NCBI GenBank assembly: GCA_951406725.2
Contig: OX597838.1
Span: forward strand, 21,018,001-21,082,000
DNA: 64,000 bases
Source: Octopus vulgaris
Taxonomy: Eukaryota
Direction: 5' to 3'
Positions 1 to 13,082 of the stretch are shown here, piece after piece (the stretch's first letter is position 1; each line of letters begins with the position of its first letter). The notes under the pieces were generated by a model. That model saw only the letters and a list, made by a program, of their open reading frames with translations, had not been told where the DNA came from and searched no databases. The position numbers and the translations under genes are program-made.

Positions 1-827
1 GGGTTTGCGACAGAGTTTAGTGGCACTCACCCCCTCTTCAGTTTAATGGCTGTAGGTGTGGGAACTGAGCCAAATTCCTCTTCAGTGACTTGCCAAGATT
101 TTACTATTTTTCTGTAATGTTCCCATTACTTGATATTATAAACATTTCTGTAAGCCGGCCTGTGCTGCTGTAGCTCTGGATAGACGTATGCCTATTAAAT
201 GGCAGACGTTTATCTTCAGCTGATGTTTCTACAGTATTTTTTAAGCTGTAGTCTGCCATTTCATCAGTGCAAGGCTTGTCTCTACAGCCTGTAAATTGTT
301 ACTCTATCTTTGCTGTGATGGTTAACACCGATTCCTTTGTCAGAGAGTATGCAGCGCGTGGGTGACATGATTAAGTCAAATCCCCCCCTGGTTTTGCTAT
401 GACCTGCAGTGAATGAGTAATGCAATGAAAACAAAGGTGGCGGTGGTGGCGATAGAGCTTGCTATGAATATTGGAATTAATTTTGGTAAACCAAAGAAGA
501 AAATATTCACTTCGTTTTATTTAGTGTTTTTTTTGTTTTTTCAAACATGAATTTCAAAGCAGACAATGTTATAAACAATAGCATGTAAATATTTGGGTTA
601 AAAAAAAAACCCTTTGATTTTTATATTCAAAGATTTTTTTTTTTGACCCAGTATTTAAGATTGTATCTGTTTTAAGATTCACCATTCCCCACCACCCCAC
701 CCACAAGGAATTATTTGATGTTCTCTCAAAGTTTATAAATTCTTATGATGCCAACAACACATTCAGTATTTTGTTTCTATTAAAGCACAAGTGTTTAAAT
801 TCATGTTTTGTTTTTGAATTAATTCTT

Positions 828-1205
828 CATCATCATCTGCTTTCCAAGCTGGCATGGGTTAGATGGTTTGAGTGAAACTGGTGAGCAGGAGAGCTGCACC
901 AGGCTCCAATCATGATCTGGCAGTGTTTCTACAGCTGGATGCCCTTCCTAATGCCAACCACTTTACAGAGTGTATTGGGTGCTTTTTACGTGCCACCAGC
1001 ACAGGTGCCAGGGGAGGCTGGCAGCATCCACGATTGGTTGATGCTTTTTATGTGCCACTGGCACGGAAACAAGTCAAGGTGGCGCTGGCCTCAGCCACAT
1101 TCGGTTGGTGCTTTTTACGTGCCACCGGCACAGGTATCACAACTACAATTTCCATTTGATATTTTTATTTTGATGTTGATGTACTCGACTCAATAGGTCT
1201 CCTAT
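828..1205 (-). mobile_element. Same RTE-associated element, inverted relative to 12390-12836
   Basis: Reverse-complement match over about 370 bp, e.g. tcacaactacaatttccatttgat...ctcaataggtctcct. Confidence 0.8.
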
Positions 1206-1375
1206 TGACGAATGTGAATATTAATAAACATTTCATATAATAGAGTAAGCTGAATATATATTTCTCATTTATCACCTGAAAGATTAATTTATTCTCTCTC
1301 TCTTTCTTTCTCCCTTTTTCACTCTCTGCCTTGCTCACCTGCTTCTATCTCGGGCATCTTTTCAAAACACTCAAG

Positions 1376-1501
1376 ACGTATGAACCAACTTCTATCTATA
1401 CCTGGTAATGACCGCTGCTGTGACTGTAACTCTCCTGACCCACGATGGGCCAGTATTAACCTTGGCATAACGCTCTGCATAGAATGTTCTGGAATACACA
1501 G
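1376..1501 (+). CDS. ACAP2: ACAP/centaurin-beta exon: ArfGAP domain N-part with C4 zinc finger
   Basis: Reads [42 protein letters not shown] (CxxC-x16-CxxC-x4-R). Acceptor tcaag, donor ag|gtaag. The acceptor position is less certain than the donor. Confidence 0.93.
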
Positions 1502-2080
1502 GTAAGAAGCAATGTTTTCAATTGTCTTTTTCTTTAGGCAACAATTAAAGGCATTTTCCCCACCATTTGCAATATCTGTGAAGAAGTACAACCCATTTTG
1601 TGTTTTAATTAATTTCGAAAATAATTAACTAATTGAATAATTTTGAAAATAATTGAGAAATGTTTTGCTCCAGTTTCAATACCATTGTGTAGCACTTTAG
1701 ACAGGTGTTTCTGCTGTGACCTCAGGTTGACTGATTGACCAGTTGAGTGGAATACAGCGGATGGAAACTGGGAAAAAGGCGGCGAGCTGGCAGAAACGTT
1801 ATTTCATCTGCCGCTATGTTCTGAGTTCAAATTCCACCGAGGTCGACTTTGCCTTTCATCTTTTCGGGGTCAATTAAATAAGTACTAGTTATGCACTGGG
1901 GTCGATATAATCGACTTAATCAATTTGTCTGTCCTTGTTTGTTCCCTCTGTGAGCAGTAAAGAAATAGGAAACTGTGAAAAAGTCTGTTGTGTGTATGTG
2001 TTTACCATTTTACCTCTCTTGTATAGTTTTATCATTTCACTATCTTATGTACTTTTTTTCCCCTTTTCACTCTTTTACAG

Positions 2081-2245
2081 GAGTTTTGGTGTCCATATGT
2101 CAAAAGTGCGGTCGATAATGCTGGATGCCTGGGAACCAGAACTGTTGAAGGTCATGGCAGAACTTGGTAATGACGTTGTCAACAGGACCTATGAGAGCAC
2201 CGTAGATGAATCCATTGCACCACATGCAACTCCTGACTGCACCAG
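2081..2245 (+). CDS. ACAP2: ACAP exon: ArfGAP domain middle
   Basis: ttttacag|g...ag|gtaag. Reads SFGVHMSKVRSIMLDAWEPELLKVMAELGNDVVNRTYESTVDESIAPHATPDCT. Phase 2-2 fits neighbours. Confidence 0.96.
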
Positions 2246-3422
2246 GTAAGTGCAACATGCACCAAACCATATCCTCTACATTGTGCTATGCTACAATCAA
2301 ACATGCGCCATATAGTGAGGGACACTACATCCATCCATACATGGAGGTAGACCACACCAATACATGTGTCTTTTTCTGCTACACTGCAGAAAATGTAAGA
2401 GGTGATGCTGAAAAAAGTTCCTGGTTTTAAGGGTGTCCTGAAAGGCCTGGTTGGAGGCCTAACTTTCTGAGTTCTTTTACAGAGCTTAGATGCAACAGTG
2501 GATGTGTGAGGAATATGGTAGTTACTCTTATACACATGATAACAGCTGTTGATGCAACAGTTCTTGTGATGACGGTTGCTATGTAAATGCTGACATGAAT
2601 GTTGGTGTATTTACTGCTAATGAGAGAACTCTTAGTAGCATCCTTGATACGACTTTAATCTACATTTGGTGGCGGGATCCTAGTTCAGCAGTTCTAGGAT
2701 TTTGAGCAACATAAAATAATCTCTTATCCACTATTGTCCCCAGGTCTTTTCTGACTCAGAGTAGTAGCATTTATCAGAATCCCAACTGGGGGCTAATTAA
2801 CATGTGACCACCCGAGCTAGGGTACCTTTAAATAATGGGATGGAACATGGTGGATGTGAACTATTTCGGCAAATGAATCTTCCCAAATGAATGGCAAATG
2901 TCACCAGATGCAGAGCAGATGAACAGACAACCAACTATCAGTGGTTAGGATCAACCAGTTCAGATAAAGACCTACTGCTATCATCTGTAGTTGCGGCATG
3001 TGCAAATAAGATATTTCAGCCAGAGAAAGACCAATGTGACTAAAAGCCAGGCCAGGTGTTCATGTTGCATTACTTGATTGAGACATCTGGTATGGAAGAG
3101 TTACATTGGTCTGGGCATGTCACCTGACCAGATGGTGATATGATCTGTTGCGTATTTGTGTATTTCCTCATGTAGGAGATGCCGCATCAAGTTGTCAGGT
3201 CACCAATCAGCTGATGTGCTGATTATTGACCCGACAATTTAATGTGGCAACTACTACATGAGAATGTAAAACTTGATGTGGTTTGTACACGACACCTTAG
3301 CTAGTACAAATGTTGCTGTTAATGTAACAGAGATGAAACAGCATTTGAGACTGTTACATGAGAATGTGACAAGATTGTGACAGGGAATGATACAAATTCT
3401 TTCACATTTCATTTTCGTACAG

Positions 3423-3637
3423 GAGTATCCGAGAGGCATGGATACGATCTAAATATATCCAGAAAGCCTTTGTTAGCAAATTACCTGGTTTCAAAGACAA
3501 CAGCAGTGAAAAGATCCAAAGCTGGAGTGTACGGAAGCGGACGAAAAGATCTCCTGGTCGATCTCTCATCAAAGATGATAACTTGTCAACTACTCAGCCA
3601 TCAGAGAAACTGGAAAATTCTAGTGACTTAATGAAAG
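3423..3637 (+). CDS. ACAP2: ACAP exon: ArfGAP C-end plus linker
   Basis: ttttcgtacag|...aaag|gtatgt. Reads SIREAWIRSKYIQKAFVSKLPGFKDNSSEKIQSWSVRKRTKRSPGRS..., matching the RE-WIR-KY ArfGAP end motif. Phase 2-1. Confidence 0.93.
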
Positions 3638-3731
3638 GTATGTAATTTTAGATGTTTCTGTATTTTTGTCTGGTGTGTGTGTATGTGGGTCTGATTTTCT
3701 TTCTAGACGTGTGTGTATGTATGTATGTATG

Positions 3732-3768
<37 letters not shown>

Positions 3769-6700
3769 AGTGAGAGAGAGAAAAGAAAAGGAATGGAGCT
3801 ACAATTAACAATTAGAAGTTGATCATTGGTACTAAATGGTCATAGCTTAACTGCAGTTAAAATAATATTTACAGCTGTTTTGGTTTGTTATTTTTGAGGT
3901 AAATTTTTATTTATCTTGTTCCATGTAACAAACATTGTCAGAATGACTCAGAGTTTATTGGAGGAATATACACAGGAGAGAAAGGGAAAAGAAAATGGAA
4001 AAAAGTTGAGGTCCCTCAGTCATGCTTGCCAGCCATGCCATTAGCCTCAGTTTCTGGTTCTGGTTAGTTATTGATCTGAAGGCAGTGGCTGGCCAGCAAC
4101 AGGGGTACGAAACAGAAGCTGCACCTCATAAATTATGTGTACGTTCCACGTCCTTTAAACGTTAATGCATGTCTAAGAGAAGCTGTTGGTAGAAATATTT
4201 GGAACTCCATGACATGCTAGTGCCAATTTCTTTCATTTGTACATGTATCTGTGTGTGTGTGAGAGAGAGAGAAAAGATGCATGTAGGAAAGTAGTACTCA
4301 ATACAGCTGGAGTTTAACCCCTTGGTTATAGGGATCAATAAAATATGTACTGGGGACAAAAACGATCAACTGGTAAGCAAGCTATGTGGTAAGTAGCTTG
4401 CTTACCAACCACATAGTTCCAGGTTCAGTCCCACTGTATGGCACCTTGGGCAAGTGTCTTCTACTATAGCCTCGGGCCGACCAAATCCTAGTGAGTGGAT
4501 ATGGTAGACAGAAACTGAAAGAAACATGTCGTGTGTGCGTCTGTGTTTGTCCCCTTGTCCCATCATCGCTTGACAACCGATGTTGGTATATTTACGTCCC
4601 CGTAACTTAGCGGTTCAGCAAAAGAGACCGATAGAATAAGTACGAGGCTTACAAAGAATAAGTCCTGGAGTTGATTTGTTTGACTAAAGGCGGTGCTCCA
4701 GCATGGCTGCAGTCAAACAACTCAAACAAAGAAAAGAATACCATTCAGAGATGTACCTCAGCTTGGATGAAATCTATAAAGGAATGTGTGTACATGTATG
4801 TGTGTGAGTGGAAAAAAATATGGATTCTTGTTCTTTTAACAATTTAATTACCATTAAGTTTGACAGAATGTTTGTTATTATTATTATTATTGTTACTACC
4901 ATGCTGGGCAAAATGCTTAGTGGTATTTCTTCTGGTTTTACATTCTGGGTTCAAATCCCATAAAGGTTGACTTAGCTTTTCGTCCTTTCAGGGTCAATGA
5001 ATTAAATACCATCTAAGCAGTGGGCAAAGTCAATGTAATTAACTACCCCAACTCCATCCTCTCCCCCCCCCCCACCAAAAAAAAAATGTCAAGCCTTGCG
5101 ACTGTTGTAGAAAGAATTACTACTACAGATTGTAAAGGTAGCAAACTGGCAAAGTCGTAAAAGTTCCCTGTGATATTTCTTTCCTGTGCCCTTTGAATTT
5201 AAATACCCACCCTCTGAGGCCAAATTTGCTCGTTGTATCTTCCAGGATTGAATTGTAATCAACAAGTCCCCTTCTCTCAAATTTGCGGCCATGTGCCTAT
5301 GTTGAAAATGATTTATTAAAGATTGCAATTTGCATGATTTTATTATCACTTTAAAACGCTGCCATTTCCTGCATGCCGAAAGAGCAAGGGCAGCAAAAAT
5401 CCTGCTACATCCACAACAGCAACCATTGCATTGCATGTTCTGCAAAATGAACTCAGTCACCTTTGCTATGGTTCTAATTTTGAGCATTTGTTTTATAAAA
5501 TTTTATTAATTAATTTATTTATTTGTTATTGATTTTTTTTCTAATCAACTCAGTTTCCACGATAGCTTTTCCTTTCTACTCTTAATTTGCAGAATTAATT
5601 TATTTAATAATCCAAGTTAAAGGGTTTCTGTTATGTTTGTTATGCGACCTTGTTCTGTTCTAGCATGGGTTCTATGAACTGATAAAAGCAGGTGGCAAAC
5701 CCAGCAGTTGTAACTTTTCCATTGTAAAATAGGGGTTCTACCTTGTTTACAGCTAGAGCTGACTGAGGCATCTTACTCAGAGGATGATGTGGATATAGTA
5801 CCATAATATGGGAGATCTAATCCACTAGCTAGCATAACACCATTGTTATTGCTATTGCCAAAGCCTTGTGTGTAGATTTGGTAGATGGAAATTGAAAGAA
5901 GCCCATCACATGTGTGTGTGTCTTTGTGTTTGTGTCCGTTTCCCCATCACTTGACAACTAGTGGTGGTTTGTTTACACCCCTTTAACCTAGTGGTTTGGC
6001 AAAAGATACTGATAAAATGAGAAGAGAAGAGAAGAATCCACCTTTGTCATGAATGTTCATGGGATTGCTCCTAGAAAGTTATTCTCCGAGGCACAAGTCC
6101 AGGCAAGGTTATTTATGGAAGACCAGCCATCACCCATGCATACCAGCCTTCCCTCTCCATGCTATCAATGTTATCCAAGGGAAAGGCAAAGGCTGATACA
6201 GCTTGGCACCTGTGATGTTGCTGCTTATTTCTGCAGTTGAGTGACCTGATGCAACGTGAAATAGAATTCCTTGCTCAAGAACACAACACACAGCCTGGTC
6301 TGGAATCAAACTCACTACCTCATAATTGTGAGCCCAGTGCTCTAACCATTCAGCCATGCACCTTCACGCATGGCTGAATGGTTAAGTACCTGACTTTAAA
6401 CAAAGATATAATAAGTCCTGGGGTCAATTTGTTCAGCTAAAGTGATTAGCAAATAAACAAGGACAAGGTTGAGCCGAGAGACCTTTTAGTCTTGTTGAAA
6501 ATGTGAGAATCTCTTGGATGCTGACCCCAACACATTCTGTAAAGTGTTTGGTGAGAGGAAGAACACGTAGTTGTTGAAGTCGAGTCAAAGTTTAAGTGTC
6601 TGAGTGAGATGTGATCCTTTCACCCAACTAGGAACGTAGACTTGACAGCAGCTAAGAGACAACATGTACTTCAAATTAATGATTCAAAGAATTATGGGAT

Positions 6701-6906
6701 AAATTGAACAATCTCTGAGATGTCATCAAAGACAAAATCCCAAACTAAACCAGAAAGTTCAGTGAAAAGAAAGAAACAAACAAAAATAAAAAAACTAAGA
6801 AACCCACTAATGTACTTATATCTTTTCTGAACACACAGTAAACTAGATTCTATGACTAACATTAAGAAAGCTTATTTGGTCAGCTAATGACTAACTAATA
6901 TTAGAG

Positions 6907-7129
6907 CAGTGGTTTTCAACCATCTTTTATCCATGGACCTCTTTGATTCCAGTTTTGCTTTACTGGATCCCCTTAGCCATTCAGTGTTTTTTTTTAAAAA
7001 GACCCTATTATGTTTTATATTTAAATATTAGGAATTTTGTAGAAAATTGTTAAAACATTTTGTGTAGAAGTATATCCAGTTTATCAATGAAAGCAAGATC
7101 TTATATGGACCCCCAGTTGAAAACCACTG
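6907..7129. mobile_element. hAT-type MITE
   Basis: 14-bp TIRs CAGTGGTTTTCAAC / GTTGAAAACCACTG and a degenerate 8-bp TSD (tattagag / cattgggg). Confidence 0.75.
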
Positions 7130-7539
7130 CATTGGGGGGGGGGTCTTGCCTGGTTAGATGGTGGCTAATATTGAAGAAAAGACAGTTCATAGACAGGCCC
7201 CACATGTATCACATGATATCAACTGCAAAGGTTTCAGCATTTCCTCTAAGACAGGTTAAGTGGTTTTATGACTTAAATTAGGCCATACTTAAGACCAAAT
7301 TAAGTTCTTTGATTTTTCAGTTTATTCATAGCAAAACCCCAGATGGCAGTTACAGTCTGCTACCAGACTTTTCTACTTAAACAGGATGTTAAAAATCTGT
7401 TCTGTCTTGTAATTTATTTCTTTGTTTTTTTATTTGAATCTTGGGAACCAAGAAATTTGTTAAAATTTTGTAATGTAATACTTCTTTATCTCTACCTGAT
7501 ATCAAAATATCGTATCACCCGTCAAGAACAATCCCACCC

Positions 7540-8160
7540 ATATCAACCCCTTGGATGTTCTAATCTCCTATATCTGGATGTCCAAAACTCTACTCTCCTG
7601 TCTGGAAGTCTTAAACTCCCATATTCTCTCCAGATGTCCTAAAATCCTATATCCCTTCTCATTTTCCTCAACATCTGTACCCTCTCTCCTCTTCAATGTC
7701 CCAAACTTCTGTGTCCTCTCTTGGTGTCCTAAATTCCTGAATCCTCCTTCAGTATCCTAAACTTTTGTATCCTCTTTTCTTGATCTAAACTCATATCCTT
7801 TCTCGGTGTCCTAAACTCCCATGTCCCTTCTCAGTGTCCTAAAATTTTGTATCCTTTCTTAATGTCCTAACCTCATAATATCCTCTCTCAGTGTCCTAAC
7901 CTCATAATATCCTCTCTGTGTCCTAAACTCCCATGTCCCCTCTCAGTGTCCTAAACTTTTGTATCCTCTCTTAATGTCCTAACCTCATAATATCCTCTCT
8001 GTGTCCTAAACTCCCATGTCCCTTCTCAGTGTCCTAAACTTTTGTATCCTTTCTCAATGTCCTAACCTCATAATATCCTCTCTCAGTGTCCTAACCTCAT
8101 AATATCCTCTCTCAATGTCCTGATCTCATAATATCCTCTCTGTGTCCTAAACTCCTTTAT
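7540..8160. repeat. Minisatellite, ~26-29-bp units (tgtcctaa...ctctca)
   Basis: Recurring variants gtgtcctaaactcccatgtccc, gtgtcctaaacttttgtatcc and atgtcctaacctcataatatcc. Confidence 0.9.
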
Positions 8161-8390
8161 TATATCTGAAGGCCATACTTTCTTAACCCTCAGTTACTTC
8201 CTCTTTACAATGCAATTCCTGTCATTCTGTCATCCCAACCTCCACCATCCTTTACCATCTCGGTCCATTTGACAACCAGATATGTAATTTCTTATATTCT
8301 GACCAATTTAACCAGCTAAACCTGCATGCGGACATGCTTACTACCTATAGCCCTGCTTGCTTTCCTGACATGCTATTTCTATGGTTCCAG

Positions 8391-8510
8391 CTGTTCTTTC
8401 AGTATCCACGGCAACCTCGAAGGACAATGGCAATGGGCACCGAAATTCAGAAGTTCTTGTGTTTGGCTCCGATGTGGAATTACCTGAAGTGAACCCAAGT
8501 AAATTCCTTG
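8391..8510 (+). CDS. ACAP2: ACAP linker exon (120 nt, symmetric phase 1-1)
   Basis: ggttccag|ctgttc...ttccttg|gtaagt. Open frame AVLSVSTATSKDNGNGHRNSEVLVFGSDVELPEVNPSKFL joins the flanking exons in phase. A second in-frame acceptor lies at 8402/8403. Confidence 0.8.
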
Positions 8511-8699
8511 GTAAGTATTTTCTTTAACTGATATTTTGGTTTAAGGTTCAGCTCCTTCGTGCTAGACGTGAATGTGTTGAATGGAGATGCAAATATTGAG
8601 ATTTACTGAATAAGTTGCTGCAGTAGCCATAAGTGAGTGTTTAAAGAATCATCTGAGCTGTTGTGAGATAGAAGTGCTACTAGTTTACTTAGCTGTGTC

Positions 8700-8912
8700 T
8701 ATAGATAGATAGGTGGATAGATAGGTAGATCGATAGATAGATAGATAGATAGACAGATAGGTTGATTGATAGGTAGGTAGGTAGATAGATAGATAGATAA
8801 GAAGATAGACAGATTGATAGATAGATAGGTAGATAGATAAACAGATATATAGGTTGATAGGTAGGTAGGTAGGTAGGTAGGTAGGTAGGTAGGTAGGTAG
8901 ATAGATAGATAG
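8700..8912. repeat. (GATA)n/(GGTA)n microsatellite
   Basis: Direct inspection. Confidence 0.95.
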
Positions 8913-9161
8913 AGCTAATAATAATAAGGTTAATTAAAACAAATGAAGGAATTGTTCTTTTATTTATATGTATATACAGCAAGTCTTCAGATTTGGAATG
9001 AAATAAGATAAAATAAAGTCGAATGTTTACGTTAATACATTTCCTTGGAAAATTTGAAAATTCTCTGTATATCAATAAATTAAGAATTCCTTCAGTTCTT
9101 CTGACTAATTGTATTGTTATTACCAACGTATTACTCTGTACTCTACCAAAAAGTGTTTTCT

Positions 9162-9204
<43 letters not shown>

Positions 9205-9997
9205 TCATTTAATCTCCATGTTCTGGCATGGTATTGATGGTTTCACAGGATCCTAAGACTCCAATGGCTCTGCATTTTGCTCCGGTGTCTGCTTTGGCAT
9301 GGTTTCAAAGACTGGATATCCTTCCTAATGTCAACCACCTTACAGCATGTACTGGGTGCTTTTTTAAGTGCCACCAACAGTATTGTGGTCACGGTTGCAA
9401 CCTCACAAGACTATGGAACCTACTGAAGTGTGTGGGGGGGATGGTTGGCTTTATATTGGGGTACAAGGGGGATAAAGCGTGAGCGGTGGGAGATAGAACT
9501 GGTTCTTGTAGAGCAATTTCATTGGCTGTTCGCATTTAGAAGAGATGGGGACAGTGATTAGAAGGAGCTGCAAAGCAATAAATAGGCATGAGGTGGATAG
9601 AAGTAAGTTGGTGGTGGGTTTACAGGATTGTGTGAAGGGCATCATATGAGAGGATGGGAGAGGGAAGGAGACTGCAACTATAAAAATTGGGTAGATTCGA
9701 AGGGCAGATGACCAGTGAGTGATGAGATGAAGAAGATAGAGAAGATGAATGCGAAAATGTGTTGAGAGGGGTGGTGGGCAGGTTGACAGGATGGTAATGA
9801 TGATAGGGTTGACTGGAAGGAAAGAAAAGAGGGAAATGGTGCAGTTTAGGTAGGCTGCAGGAGTGGTGATGGTGTTGGGGGTAGGGAAAATGTGGGAGAG
9901 AAGATGAATCTGTGTGATGCGTGGGTGGAGAGAAACAATGTTAATGGGGGAAGAATAGCCCAATGGGTGAAACGGTACTGGTATTAGTTGAAATGAA

Positions 9998-10216
9998 GGC
10001 GGCGAGCTGGCAGAATCGTTAGCACGCCGGGCGAAATGCTTAGCAGTATTTGTCTGCGCTACATTCTGAGTTCAAATTCCGCCGAGGTCGACTTTGCCTT
10101 TCCTCCTTTCGGGATCGATTAAATAAGTACCAGTTATGCACTTGGGTCGATATAATTGACTTAATCCGTTTGTTTGTCCTCTCTGTGTTTAGCCCCTTGT
10201 GGGTAGTAAAGAAATA
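9998..10216 (+). mobile_element. tRNA-derived SINE (head ggcggcgagctggcagaa), tail type A, with 15-bp TSD
   Basis: A/B-box-like head (gagttcaaattcc) and a central gactttgcctttcatcctttcggggtcgataa block. TSD ggtattagttgaaat at 9980-9994 and 10217-10231. Family copies near 1778, 11571, 19835, 20577, 21935, 28949, 36523 and 58300(-). Confidence 0.9.
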
Positions 10217-10399
10217 GGTATTAGTTGAAATAATGTTGTATTTAGGGAGAGCTGCAGTGGTGGATATGATGAATGATAGGAAAAGGAGGAGGAGGAGGAA
10301 GAGATAGGGTGAGGTGTCCATTTGTGTAAATATATACAGTTATTCCAAAACTCAATTTTGCTGAGGTAGGTAGGGGTCTTCTGGAGAACTTCATATCAG

Positions 10400-12070
10400 C
10401 AGACATCTCGGTTCTTTGTCAACTTCTCTTGTGAGACTTCAGGGTCCTGAGGTCAGCTTTCACCACATCATTCCATGTCATCCCATATCTTCCTCTTCTG
10501 CAAGTTCCGGCCACATTGAGCAATCAGCACCTCTTCACATAGTTGTCCCCATCTGTATGCATCACATGTCCATCCCTGCACAGTTTTCTTTCTTGCACAC
10601 TAACATTGGTTCCTTTTATGTCCAGTTTTTTTTCTTTCTTTTTTTTTGTTTTCTCAGCACATTTGTTCTGTCATTCATGCACACTTACAATGCATATCCA
10701 ACGGAGCATGCTCACCTCATTTCTTTCCAGTCTCCTCATGTACCCCATGTTCAAGATCCATGTCTCTTTACCATGTAGCATTGCAATTCAAACACAAGTA
10801 TCATACACTCTGCCCTTCACTTTGTAGGAAAAGACCTTTGATGCCAACAACGATAATAGGAGCAACCACTTCCCTTGTTGATGACATCTCTTCTTAAGTG
10901 GCAAAAGCTATCAACTACTTCTAGTTAACCGCCCAAGAAATTAAGGGGATCAAGTTTGTTTTTAGAAAGCACTGCTCCATACGAAGCTTATGTTCTTTGC
11001 TAGTCTTTTTGTGATTTCCCTACATCTCTTGTGCATCCGTAGCCTACATTGGGTACAACATTTGGAGTTTGTATCTACTCCTTTTCTCCATACTGAGCAA
11101 GGCCATTTCCTAGAAGGTACCAGGGTCCTGTCTTCTTCCCTACTTACTAAGACCTTTATCTTTGCTAAGTTCACTTCAGGATTCTAGGTTTAGCTTTCAT
11201 GCATGGAATTTCTCGTCTGTTTGTAGAATGTACTGCTCCAGTGCAGTTCAAGCCCCATGAATCACTACCATGCAGCATTGCAGTTCTAACACAAGCCTCG
11301 TGCAACCTGCCCTTCAATCTGGGGGGAAAAAAACTGTTGTTGCAAACAATGATAGTAAGAATAACCACTTCTCTTGTTGATGATGTCTCCTAAGTGGTAA
11401 AAGCTATCCACTACTTCTAGTTAACCATCCAGGAAATTAAGAGAGTCTATTTCTAGTGTACCTGTAGAAAGTACTGCTCCAGTGCTTTTGTCACAGACAA
11501 AACTTCTGTTCACTCCTAGTCTCCTTGTGATTCCTCTACATCTGTGGTGTGTCCATAGCCTACATCCAAAGGCGGCGAGCTGGCAGAAACGTTATCACGC
11601 CGGGCGAAATGCGTAGCCGTATTTCGTCTGCCGCTACATTCTGAGTTCAAATTCCGCCGAGGTCGACTTTGCCTTTCATCCTTTCGGGGTCGATAAATTA
11701 AGTACCAGTTACGCACTGGGGTCGATGTAATTGACTTAATTCGTTTGTCTGTCCTTGTTTGTCCCCTCTATGTTTAGCCCCTTGTGGGTAGTAAAGAAAC
11801 ACATAGCCTACATCCAGTACCACATATGGAGTTTGTGCCTACTCCTCTTCTCTATACTGAGAAAGGCTATTTCCCTGAAGGTATCAGGGTCTTGTCCTCT
11901 TTCCTACTAATAAGACCTTTGTCTTTACTCAGTTTACCTGATAATTCTAGGTTTAGCTTTCATGCTTGGAATTTCTTCTTTAATTTCCTTGTAGATTCAG
12001 CTAAAAAAAAACTAGCTCATTAGCATATAAGAATTCCTATGGATATCCAGTCTTAGACTCTTCTGTGGTG
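10400..12070 (-). mobile_element. Decayed RTE-clade LINE fragments, internally duplicated and interrupted by a SINE
   Basis: KGRLHEACVRTAMLHGSDSW and WPCSVWRKGVDTNS...C peptides. Segments near 10770-11210 and 11270-11970 repeat each other. Confidence 0.8.
11571..11801 (+). mobile_element. SINE (same family) inserted into RTE fragment
   Basis: TSD catagcctacatcca at 11554-11568 and 11802-11816. Confidence 0.9.
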
Positions 12071-12149
12071 GCCTGTAGGTTTAATATGCAAAGGAAGAAG
12101 CTGGGGATAAAGCTTTGATGGAATCCAACCCTCACCCTGAATTTTTGAA

Positions 12150-12390
12150 GGACCAAGTTCTGCCAACAATGTACAAGCGCTTGTGCTTGGCTGTTGTTTA
12201 GCCATTTCAAGCAAGGCCTTGTCTTCCACAAAAGAAGGTCTCCTTGTTCTTGGTTTGTCTTTGTGGCTGATGTCACCTTCCTTGAAATGTCTCAACCAGT
12301 TTTGTGTCACAAGTTCATTGGTAGTTCCTGGGTCTTCCACATCATTCATTTCGTTTGCCACTGGCCTTGCACTCAGTCATTTTTTTTATC
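12150..12390 (-). mobile_element. Mariner transposase N-terminal remnant
   Basis: QNWLRHFKEGDISHKDKPRTRRPS (mariner HTH/GRP region). A related piece lies near 13950-14110. Confidence 0.7.
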
Positions 12391-12836
12391 AGAAGTAATC
12401 GGCCTGCTGTGCTTACCTTGGATTGTAGGGTGACCTGCTGTGCTTGAGGAGACCTATTGAGTCAAGTACATCAACATCAAAATAAAAAATCAAATGGAAA
12501 TTGTAGTTGTGATACCCGTGCCGGTGGCATGTAAAAAACACCATCCGAACGTGGCCGATGCCAGCGCCACCTTGACTGGCATCCGTGCTGGTGGCACGTA
12601 AAAAGCACCAACTGATCATGGTTGTTACCAGCCTCCTCTGGCCCCTGTGCTGCTGGCATGTAAAAAGCACCTGCTACACTCATGGAGTGGTTGGCTTTAG
12701 GAAGGGCATCCAGCTGTAGAAACACTGCCAGATCAGACTGGGGCCTGGTGCAGCCTCCTGGCTTATCAGACCCCGGTTGAACCATCCAACCCATGCTAGC
12801 ATGGAAAACAGACGTTAAACGATGATGATGATGATG
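12390..12836 (+). mobile_element. Non-autonomous RTE-associated element with (ATG)n tail
   Basis: aaaaagcacc repeats, ggaagggcatccagctgtagaaac core and gatgatgat tail. Copies at 828-1205(-), 9205(-), 13740, 27830, 39445, 61437(-) and 62165(-). Confidence 0.8.
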
Positions 12837-13082
12837 TATGGCTTGTTTCAAAGTTGTTTTCAAAGTTGTAAAATAATGAATAAATAATTAATGTTTGTAT
12901 GTTATTCATGGAAATAAAAAATAAATGATCCAGCAATGATTGCATAACAAATTGTATCAAATTAATGATATAATATGGAGCTACAAGTTGCCAAAACAAA
13001 TCAGTGAACATCTGAAAAGCCTTTGACTTGACTGATAAATATTGTGTGTGTGTGTAAAAATATATATAATGTGTATAAATAT

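Noticed and set aside
200-270. CUGAUGA...GAAA on the minus strand (similar hits near 39890 and 53020)
   Set aside because: No stem I, stem III or NUH geometry, so these are chance matches.
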